From an uncultured Candidatus Binatia bacterium (GTDB lineage: Bacteria > Desulfobacterota > Binatia > Bin18), in NCBI GenBank assembly GCA_965242795.1, contig OZ251505.1, positions 1,150,173 to 1,214,172 on the forward strand: a stretch of DNA of 64,000 nucleotides. The letters run 5' to 3'. How positions within the stretch are numbered: position 1 is the stretch's first letter; every line of letters starts with the position of its first letter. The position numbers were made by a program, and so were the translations under genes. A model generated the notes under the pieces. The model made no database searches. It was not told the DNA's origin and worked only from the letters and a program-made list of their open reading frames with translations. Shown in pieces: positions 1 through 7,154 of the stretch.

Positions 1-167
1 CGCAACTTCCGGAGAGCATGGGGCGGCATAATTCAATCGGGTCTCCCGGGCGAAATGTCTCATGCCACGGGCCCTGGCGACGTCGCGCAAGGTCGGCAGA
101 GAAACCGCCCTGCTATCTTCGGATTCGTCTTTCTAGGACGCAGGCGGCCGGTCTCCCCGGTTTCGTG

Positions 168-313
168 CTGTCCCAACGTCTCGTTCGATAGCGTCCCGAT
201 CAGCCGGCCTTGTGCATCGTCCCCACCTGTCAGGCTCCCTTCAGGCGGTCTCACAGCGCCATCAACTCCTGAACCTTGGTGACGATGCGGCCTTGCTTGA
301 CGAGGGGCGGAAG
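168..313 (-). pseudogene. Degenerate copy of the hsdS 3' end (conserved C-terminal helix)
   Basis: Minus strand reads LPPLVKQGRIVTKVQELMAL*DRL/GSLTGGDDAQGRLIGTLSNETLGQ (one stop, one frameshift). It aligns by eye to the HsdS C-terminus LPPLAEQGRIVAKVEELMGLCDRLEESLTVGSDARGRLLEALLNEALEQ at 5950-6095. Confidence 0.8.
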
Positions 314-361
314 GTGTGCGGGTGAGATGATCTTTTGCCAAATCGTTCGAGGGGAAGCGAC

Positions 362-655
362 TCAGGCAATGGGCTGGATAGTCAGTTGGAGTCCAAGCGC
401 CCTCGCTACTTTGGCGACGGTGAAAAAAGAAGGGTTGCCCTCACTCGACAAGGCTTTGTACAACCCTTCGCGGGTCAGGCCGGTATCCCTGGCGAGCTGG
501 CTCATGTTGCGCGCGCGGGCAATCACTCCTAAGACGTGGACGATGAATGCGGGATCATCGCCCGCCTCCTCCAGGCAAGCCTCCAGGTACAGCCGGACAT
601 CTTCGTCATTCTTGAGATACTCTGCCGAGTCCCAGCGGGTTGTAGGAAGCGTCAT
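362..655 (-). CDS. Putative addiction module antidote (HI1420-like HTH antitoxin)
   Basis: 97 aa with WDSAEYL...YLEACLEE...IARARNMSQLARDTGLTREGLYKALSSEGNPSF; lies directly downstream of the toxin. Confidence 0.9.
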   Translation of the reverse strand: MTLPTTRWDSAEYLKNDEDVRLYLEACLEEAGDDPAFIVHVLGVIARARNMSQLARDTGLTREGLYKALSSEGNPSFFTVAKVARALGLQLTIQPIA

Positions 656-658
656 CGG

Positions 659-955
659 TCACCCCTCCAATTCGCCTGCCAATTCCTGAGCCTTTGAGAT
701 GTCGGCCTGCTGTGTTTTCTTCTCGCCGCCGCAGAGCAGCACGACAACTATGGAGCCGCGCTGCACGAAATACACTCGGTAGCCAGGACCGTAGTGGATA
801 CGAAGTTCCCGGACTCCCTTGCCGACTGGCCGCGTATCGCCGAAATGCCCCACTCCCATCCGATCTATTCGTGCCTGTATCCGAGCTTTCGCCCGCTTAT
901 CTCCAAGATTTTCAAACCAAGTGGCGAAGACTTCCGTTTTGCGGACCTCTATCAC
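659..955 (-). CDS. RelE/ParE-superfamily toxin (HI1419-like addiction module killer)
   Basis: 98 aa with motif GVRELRIHYGPGYRVYF...LLCGG.K..Q..DI..A; GTG start. Confidence 0.9.
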   Translation of the reverse strand: MIEVRKTEVFATWFENLGDKRAKARIQARIDRMGVGHFGDTRPVGKGVRELRIHYGPGYRVYFVQRGSIVVVLLCGGEKKTQQADISKAQELAGELEG

Positions 956-961
956 CTGTCA

Positions 962-990
962 ACTCTAGTTCTCGCATTGTGGACTGTCAA
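962..990 (-). promoter_or_regulatory. Sigma70-like promoter of the TA operon, probably leaderless
   Basis: TTGACA-N17-TAGAGT on the minus strand; the -10 box ends 6 nt before the GTG start; AGTTGACAG occurs twice. Confidence 0.6.
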
Positions 991-998
991 CTATCGGG

Positions 999-1169
999 TC
1001 AGGTCCGGTGTTGTGAAGGTCCACCAGTGTCGGCCTCATCCGGCTCCAGAACTCCGTGTAGGAGTGAACCAAACAGCCGCCCCCCACATCGTCCCCTAGG
1101 AGCCAAGCTCGCTTCCAACCGATCACACAGCCCCGTCAGTTCATCGACTTTGGCGACGATACGCCGTTC
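999..1169 (-). pseudogene. Second copy of the hsdS 3' end (5'-truncated)
   Basis: Open frame ERRIVAKVDELTGLCDRLEASLAPRGRCGGRLFGSLLHGVLEP...* with no start codon, cut off upstream by repeats. Clear nucleotide similarity to 5980-6080. Confidence 0.85.
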
Positions 1170-1173
1170 CCTC

Positions 1174-1273
1174 CGTCATTCCGGCCTCTCATACTCGTCA
1201 CATCGGCCCCTCCCACTCGTCATGCCGGTCTCTCATATTCGTCATTCCGGCGAAAGCCGGAATCCAGAGGACA
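1174..1273 (+). repeat. Three ~22-bp degenerate tandem units plus an RPE/dRS3-like palindrome (family C)
   Basis: Units such as CGTCATTCCGGCCTCTCATACT are followed by GTCATTCCGGCGAAAGCCGGAATCCAGAGGACA; the same arrangement occurs at 5826-5903. Confidence 0.8.
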
Positions 1274-1479
1274 CGTTCCTGAACGCCTGACGATGCGGAT
1301 AACCTCAATTGGAAGAAAGTGACGACAAGCCCCTGCCGGTTGCCTGCGTAGGAGTAAGGGGAAAACAGCGTCACTCGTCAACCGCGACGTTTCCGTATCT
1401 GGTCGAGTCTCTCGCTGCGGCTATCCGTTCGGGGGAAGACGGTTCCTCGATCAGGCGGTCGAGTTCTCGATCAGAAACG

Positions 1480-1511
1480 TATTGTATTGTGTCGCGCTAC
1501 ACGATACAATA
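1480..1511 (+). promoter_or_regulatory. Palindromic operator overlapping a sigma70 promoter
   Basis: TATTGTATTGTGTCGCGCTACACGATACAATA is a near-perfect 32-bp inverted repeat containing TTGTAT-N17-TACAAT; AGGAGG RBS at 1531-1536. Confidence 0.75.
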
Positions 1512-1544
1512 TAAAAAAATTCGAGAGTTCAGGAGGTCGGCCCA

Positions 1545-4500
1545 ATGGGCGAAAAACTAGAAACCCACGTACATCCGGGTAGTTACATCCGAGAGAACGT
1601 AATTCCGCCGGGTATGTCGGTGACGGGCGCCGCAAAGAGGTTGGGGGTAGGTCGGCCCGCGTTGTCGAACTTGCTGAACGGAAAGTCGTCGCTTTCCCCC
1701 GACATGGCCGTCAAGATGGAAAAGTCCTTCGGCGTTGACCGGAAGAAGCTCCTTGATCTTCAGGCAACGTTCGACCGACACAAGCAGCGCGGAAAAGAGA
1801 AGACCGTCACTGCGCGCCGCTACGTTCCTCCTTTCCTGACCATCAAAGCCGGGCAGATCAATGATTGGGCGAGCAAGATCGACGCCCGCCACAAGCTGCC
1901 GGTGCTGCTGCGCAAGCTGGTGCATTCGACCGGCCATGAACTGCGTCGGGTTGATTTCCCTGGGTACGACAACGCGGAACGGAAAGGCTGGGATGGGGCT
2001 GTCGAAGCGGATGCGGCGACACCGTGGATTCCTGAAGGCGAGTCCCGCTGGGAGTTCGGCACGAACCAGGAGCCGCGCCGCAAGGCCGAAAGCGATTACG
2101 CAGCCCGCCTTCGTTCGGTCTTTGCATCTGACAGGTCGGACTGCACCTTCGTTTTCGTCACTCCGCGCAATTGGCCCGGCAAGAACGAGTGGGCTGAGGG
2201 GAAGAACAAAACAGGGGAATGGAAATCGGTGAGGGCGTTCGACGCGAGCGACCTGGAGCAATGGCTGGAAGAATCCATTCCCGCGCAGATGTGGCTTGCC
2301 GAGCAAATCGCCATGCCGGTCAGCGGATTCGAGATGCTGGATCGGTGCTGGCAACGCTGGACGGACGCGAGTGAGCCGAAGATGACCCACAAGATATTCG
2401 AACCGTCAATCAGCACGTTTCGAGAGACTTTCAAAAAGTGGATCGATAAACCAAGCGAAAAACCGTTGGTGATCGCAGCCGATTCCAAGGATGAAGCCCT
2501 TGCGTTTCTCTCCTGCCTATTCAGACATGAGGACATTACCCCTGGCCTGGGAGACATCGCCGTCGTGTTCAATTCGGCTGAAACCCTGCGGACTCTGGCT
2601 GATTCGTCTGCGTCGTTCATCCGGATCGTTCACACCGAAGAAGCCGAACGCGAATTAGCGGGTGTCTATCGCCGGCGCCACTGCATCATCGTTCGTCCCC
2701 GCAATGCGGTTGATTCGAAGCCGGATATTGCTCTGGAGCTATTGAGCCACGAAACTTTTAAAAACGCCCTCGCCGCGATGGGAATAAACGATGACAAGGT
2801 TGAGCGGCTGGCAAGAGAGTCTGGCCGCTCTCCGACTATCTTGCGCCGGAGACTCTCGAAAATCGAGGCGATCAGAAAACCTGAATGGGCCAGGGATAAC
2901 AAGGTGGCAAGAAGTCTGATCCCGATGACGTTGATCGGTGCGTGGCATACCGCGTCGGAGGCTGATTGTGATGTTCTCGAAACCCTCGCAGGCAAAAAAC
3001 CCTATGAGCGAATTGAGAAGGGCGTAGCAGACCTTCTGCAATTCGATGACTCCCCCGTCTGGTCCACCGGTCAATATCGCGGCGTCGCCTCGAAAATCGA
3101 CGCCCTGTTTGCCGTCAATAGATATGTAATAGAACAGGACCTGATGAAGTTCTTCCGGCTCGCTGAAGACGTGCTTTCCGAAAGCGATCCTGCGCTTGAA
3201 ATTCCAGAAGACCAGAGATGGGCCGCCGGCGTATACGGTAAGGTTCGCAAGCACTCCGCTGCACTGCGCGAGGGGATTTGTGAGACACTCGTCATCCTCT
3301 CCGTCCATGGGAACATTTTGTTCAAAGATCGACTTGGGATCGACGTCGCCGGACGTGTTTCCTCGCTCATCCGAAAACTCCTCACGCCGCTGTCCGACAA
3401 ACTGCTCTCCCAAAGGGAAGACCTTCCACACTATGCCGAAGCGGCGCCGGATGAATTTCTGAGCATCATAGAAGAAGACTTGCGGCAGCCTCAGCCCGTG
3501 GTATTTGATTTATTGAAACCTGCGAAGAACTTCTTGAGTTCGCCGATGCGGTCGGGACTCCTGTGGGCGTTGGAATGCCTCGCTTGGAAGCACCTTGTCC
3601 GGGTGAGCCTGATACTTGCGCGATTATCGAAACTCGCTATCGACGACAACTGGGGCAACAGGCCCATAGGAAGTCTATCCGCAGTTTACCTCTCATGGCT
3701 GCCGCAAACCGCGGCTTCTCTCGAAGACCGGATACAGGCACTGCAGAAGGTGACAAAGGAATTCCCGGGTATCGGTTGGGAACTGTGCACCGGTCAATTC
3801 GAGACGATCTCCCAGATCGTGAGCCCGAGTTACCGCCCACATTGGCGTAATGATGCTTCGGGCAGCGGCGGTCCGGTGACTCGGAAAGAATCCAACGAGT
3901 TCAGGCGTAAGGCGCTCGACCTTGTCCTCGCATGGCCTCGGCACGACCAGAAGACACTCAGCGACCTTGTTCAGCGTCTCCCAGTACTATCCGATGAAGA
4001 CCAAAGAACAATTTGGGATTTGATTGACGCTTGGGCAGATTCGGAGTCTGATGAATCGACCAAAGCTCTCCTTTGCGAGCAGATACATACCACCACGTTC
4101 GCCCTTGGAGCGCGGCGCCGTGGGGTAACGGACGGGACGAAAAACCGAGCACGTAGAGCGTGCGAAAAGCTGCAACCGCGGAATATCGTCACCAAACACG
4201 CTCGACTTTTCGCCAGAGACTGGATCGCTCCGTCTACAGACGATGCTCAAGACGAAAATCTCGACTACCCTCAACATGAAGAGAGAATAAACCAACTCCG
4301 CGCCGCGGCAATGAAGGAGATATGGCAAGAGCACGGGTTTGAAGGGATGAAGTCTCTCTTGTCCCGAAGCGCTGCACCGAATGCCGTCGGACGTTCTTTG
4401 GAGTCATGTATCGAAGATCCGCAGGTGCGGATCGAACTGTTACAGAAATGCTTTTCCGTTACTGGTGACATGAAGAAAAAATTTGACGGCTGTGTCCAAG

Positions 4501-5624
4501 GATTCCTCCTAGCCTCTGCGGACGAAGTGCGCGCTGTGGTTCTCTCGGCCGTTGCTGGGGGGATGGACGCGAATCAGATCGTACGGTTGTTTTGCCGGGC
4601 GCCATTCAAGCAGCATACATGGCGTCTGCTTGACGACTACGGAGAAAGGGTCAAGGATGAATACTGGAGAGAAGCCCAGCCTCACTTGGGACGCTACAGC
4701 GAGGCGGAAATAATCGAACTCATAGATCGTCTGCTTGAAGCAGGGCGTCCGCGTGCTGCCTTCGCCGCTGTAAACATCAAGTGTGACCAAGTTGAGACAG
4801 CGAGCCTAAAACGTCTCATCTTCGCTCTCGCCAACGTCAGCAACGAGTCCGAAGATCACTACCGATTTGAGCCTTGGGACATCTCGATGGTATTGGATTC
4901 ACTGGATGGCCGTCCTGGCGTCACCTCGTATGAAATGGCACAGATCGAGTTCGCGTTCATAGCTGCCCTTAAAGACAGTGGGCACGGAATTCCCAATTTG
5001 GAGCGAGCAATCGCCGAATCCCCGGCTCTCTTCGTTTATGCCTTAGCTCTGGCAGTCACGCGAAGAGACAAGAACGACGAGCAGGATCCGCCCGAATGGC
5101 AGATCGAAAATCCTGAGCGACGCGCTAATCTATCCCTTGCAGCTTGGGGTCTCCTTAATCGAATCGGACGGACTCCGGGCACTGGTCCAGGTGGCGAGAT
5201 TGATACCGATGCCCTGCTCGGTTGGATAATTGAGGTGCGGCGGCTTTGTACCGAGCATGATCGTGCGGTGATCGGGGATCAGATGATTGGACAACTTCTT
5301 TCCAAGGCTCCTGCGGAGAATGGTGACGGTTGGCCCTGCATCCCAGTCTGCGAGTCAATGGAAAAGATTGCTTCTCGTGAGATCGGTAAGGGGTTTGCGA
5401 TTGGCGTCTATAACAGTCGCGGCATACACTCACGAGGTATAGACGAGGGGGGCGATCAGGAGCGTGAGCTTGCCGCGAAATACCACGGCTGGGCAAAGTT
5501 ACGCGCCTTCGACTATCCCTACGTCAGCAGGGTGCTCGAAAATATCGCGGCTGGCTATGATCGAGATGCAGAGCAAGAGGACAACGAGAGACTCCTCGAG
5601 AAGAGGCTAGGCATTCATCATTAG
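1545..5624 (+). CDS. Large HigA/XRE-HTH fusion protein with putative PD-(D/E)xK-like domain and helical repeats; candidate defence protein
   Basis: 1359 aa, good RBS, lower GC than the hsdR/hsdM flank. N-terminus HPGSYIRE...AAKRLGVGRPALSNLLNGK is HigA-like, followed by a GWDG...WEFG...FVFVTPR segment. Domain calls beyond the HTH are inference. Confidence 0.75.
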   Translation: MGEKLETHVHPGSYIRENVIPPGMSVTGAAKRLGVGRPALSNLLNGKSSLSPDMAVKMEKSFGVDRKKLLDLQATFDRHKQRGKEKTVTARRYVPPFLTIKAGQINDWASKIDARHKLPVLLRKLVHSTGHELRRVDFPGYDNAERKGWDGAVEADAATPWIPEGESRWEFGTNQEPRRKAESDYAARLRSVFASDRSDCTFVFVTPRNWPGKNEWAEGKNKTGEWKSVRAFDASDLEQWLEESIPAQMWLAEQIAMPVSGFEMLDRCWQRWTDASEPKMTHKIFEPSISTFRETFKKWIDKPSEKPLVIAADSKDEALAFLSCLFRHEDITPGLGDIAVVFNSAETLRTLADSSASFIRIVHTEEAERELAGVYRRRHCIIVRPRNAVDSKPDIALELLSHETFKNALAAMGINDDKVERLARESGRSPTILRRRLSKIEAIRKPEWARDNKVARSLIPMTLIGAWHTASEADCDVLETLAGKKPYERIEKGVADLLQFDDSPVWSTGQYRGVASKIDALFAVNRYVIEQDLMKFFRLAEDVLSESDPALEIPEDQRWAAGVYGKVRKHSAALREGICETLVILSVHGNILFKDRLGIDVAGRVSSLIRKLLTPLSDKLLSQREDLPHYAEAAPDEFLSIIEEDLRQPQPVVFDLLKPAKNFLSSPMRSGLLWALECLAWKHLVRVSLILARLSKLAIDDNWGNRPIGSLSAVYLSWLPQTAASLEDRIQALQKVTKEFPGIGWELCTGQFETISQIVSPSYRPHWRNDASGSGGPVTRKESNEFRRKALDLVLAWPRHDQKTLSDLVQRLPVLSDEDQRTIWDLIDAWADSESDESTKALLCEQIHTTTFALGARRRGVTDGTKNRARRACEKLQPRNIVTKHARLFARDWIAPSTDDAQDENLDYPQHEERINQLRAAAMKEIWQEHGFEGMKSLLSRSAAPNAVGRSLESCIEDPQVRIELLQKCFSVTGDMKKKFDGCVQGFLLASADEVRAVVLSAVAGGMDANQIVRLFCRAPFKQHTWRLLDDYGERVKDEYWREAQPHLGRYSEAEIIELIDRLLEAGRPRAAFAAVNIKCDQVETASLKRLIFALANVSNESEDHYRFEPWDISMVLDSLDGRPGVTSYEMAQIEFAFIAALKDSGHGIPNLERAIAESPALFVYALALAVTRRDKNDEQDPPEWQIENPERRANLSLAAWGLLNRIGRTPGTGPGGEIDTDALLGWIIEVRRLCTEHDRAVIGDQMIGQLLSKAPAENGDGWPCIPVCESMEKIASREIGKGFAIGVYNSRGIHSRGIDEGGDQERELAAKYHGWAKLRAFDYPYVSRVLENIAAGYDRDAEQEDNERLLEKRLGIHH

Positions 5625-5670
5625 TCGTCAGTCGTCGTTCTTGTGGAAGTGATGAGCGAGACACGACGGG

Positions 5671-5704
5671 GTGTCCTCTGGATACCGGCTTTCGCCGGTA
5701 TGAC
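5671..5704 (-). repeat. Family C palindrome, inverted copy
   Basis: TGTCCTCTGGATACCGGCTTTCGCCGGTATGACG is the reverse complement of the 1241/5871 element with 2 mismatches. Confidence 0.8.
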
Positions 5705-5825
5705 GCAACAAAGGATGGGTATGATGGAGATGTGTGCCCAGTTGCCACTACGAAAAGTCAACGGGAGACGTGAACAGGGTTGGCGTCCCGCTCCAATGAC
5801 TCACGCCCGTTCAGGTGTCTGCCGT

Positions 5826-5903
5826 CATCATTCCAGCGTCTCATGCGCGTCACTCTGGCGTCTCATCCTCGTCATTCCGGCGAAAGCCGGAATCCAGAGG
5901 ACA
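5826..5903 (+). repeat. 22-bp tandem units plus family C palindrome
   Basis: The 33-bp core is identical to 1241-1273. Confidence 0.8.
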
Positions 5904-5924
5904 GCCCCCGCGTCCGGACTCCCG

Positions 5925-6794
5925 CTAGTCAATATCCCCCATCCCGCCCTGCTCCAATGCCTCGTTCAACAGAGCCTCTAACAGGCGGCCACGGGCGTCG
6001 CTGCCAACGGTAAGGCTCTCTTCCAGCCGGTCACACAACCCCATCAGTTCCTCGACTTTGGCGACGATGCGACCCTGTTCGGCCAAAGGTGGAAGAGGGA
6101 GGGGTATTCCGGCGACAATCTTCGCCGAGACTTCTTTGAAGGTCGTTCCTGGGGCTCTCGCGTTAATTTCGGGAGCAAAAGTTTTCATGGAAAGTGCAAT
6201 GAAGCGTGAACAATCGGGAATATAGGGAACTATAGATTTGAAGCCTTGGTTGGTTGAGACAGGATTAGCTGCGATTGCGACGTAACCTATTGGAGCCCGG
6301 CTTGTGAAAAGCACAGTTCCGACTGGCATCAGACTCGCTGACGAATTTTGAAACCCCTTCTCCGAAAGATCACGCGCTCCATGTGAGATGAACAATCCTG
6401 AGAATCCTCCCAGGTCAGCGGGAGTCAGCCAGGGAATACCCGTTCCTGGGTCCTTAAAGTTGTCGGCCTCGTTGGCAGATGGGGTACCTCCTCCAACAAT
6501 GGCACCGACGGCATCGAGCCTGACCCATTGCCAACACGTGGGAATCTCGAAAGGAGAAGAAATATCCTCACCATCGGCAATGAGACGGGGCCTTCTTATT
6601 TTTTTCGTCTTCACCAACCGCGCCTTCTCCTTCGCAATCCGCTTCAGCAACGCCGCCGCGGGTTCGTCCGCCGGGTCTTGCGGCACGAGCTTGCCCCGCA
6701 CGGCGAGGTCGAGAATGAACCGCCGCAGCCGGTGCACGGACGCCGGCGACTGCATCAGCCGGTCGAAGTCGCTGAACAAAGCCTCGATGCTCAT
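5925..6794 (-). CDS. hsdS: Type I R-M specificity subunit, half-length (single TRD)
   Basis: 289 aa: LRRFILDLAVRGKLVPQDP.DEPA, FEIP..WQW, one TRD (GGGTPS...SRAPIGY...TNQGFKS), then PLPPLAEQ.RIVAKVEELM.LCDRLE. Confidence 0.9.
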   Translation of the reverse strand: MSIEALFSDFDRLMQSPASVHRLRRFILDLAVRGKLVPQDPADEPAAALLKRIAKEKARLVKTKKIRRPRLIADGEDISSPFEIPTCWQWVRLDAVGAIVGGGTPSANEADNFKDPGTGIPWLTPADLGGFSGLFISHGARDLSEKGFQNSSASLMPVGTVLFTSRAPIGYVAIAANPVSTNQGFKSIVPYIPDCSRFIALSMKTFAPEINARAPGTTFKEVSAKIVAGIPLPLPPLAEQGRIVAKVEELMGLCDRLEESLTVGSDARGRLLEALLNEALEQGGMGDID

Positions 6795-7012
6795 CGTATC
6801 AGCGATTTGCGCACTTCGGTGGTCGAATAGACCGGTTCCGTCCCGGTGCGGACGCGCTCCAGAACGTCTATCGCAAGATAATAATCTTCCACGTCTTCAA
6901 GGCCGCGTTCGATCATCGCACGCAGATGAAAGGCTTTGCTGTGGCCGGTCTGCGAGACCAGCACGTCGAGCCGGTGCTCGGTGTCGGGCGTCGGTCGAAT
7001 CGAGGTCGCCAT
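6791..7012 (-). CDS. CopG/RelB-like ribbon-helix-helix protein (orphan antitoxin-like)
   Basis: 73 aa MATSIR...RLDVLVSQTGHSKAFHLRAMIERGLEDVEDYYLA; GGAGG RBS; stop overlaps the hsdS ATG (ATGA). Confidence 0.75.
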   Translation of the reverse strand: MATSIRPTPDTEHRLDVLVSQTGHSKAFHLRAMIERGLEDVEDYYLAIDVLERVRTGTEPVYSTTEVRKSLIR

Positions 7013-7154
7013 GTCGTCCTCCCTATTCGGGAATTTCATCCTGGACGGTCCGGGGACCGTTTCGACAAGCTCAACGGGCTTTCCTCGACCGTGTCGCAAC
7101 GGGTCCGGCCTTGCCGAGTTCCTCTCGTCCGTCGTTTCTCTCCATGTCGTGCAC

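Noticed and set aside
60-341. 93-aa minus-strand ORF
   Set aside because: It is a chimeric reading of the frameshifted hsdS 3' remnant, not an independent gene.
1174-1273. Possible mini-CRISPR (regular ~22-bp periodicity)
   Set aside because: Units are contiguous degenerate tandem copies with no unique spacers, and no cas genes are present.
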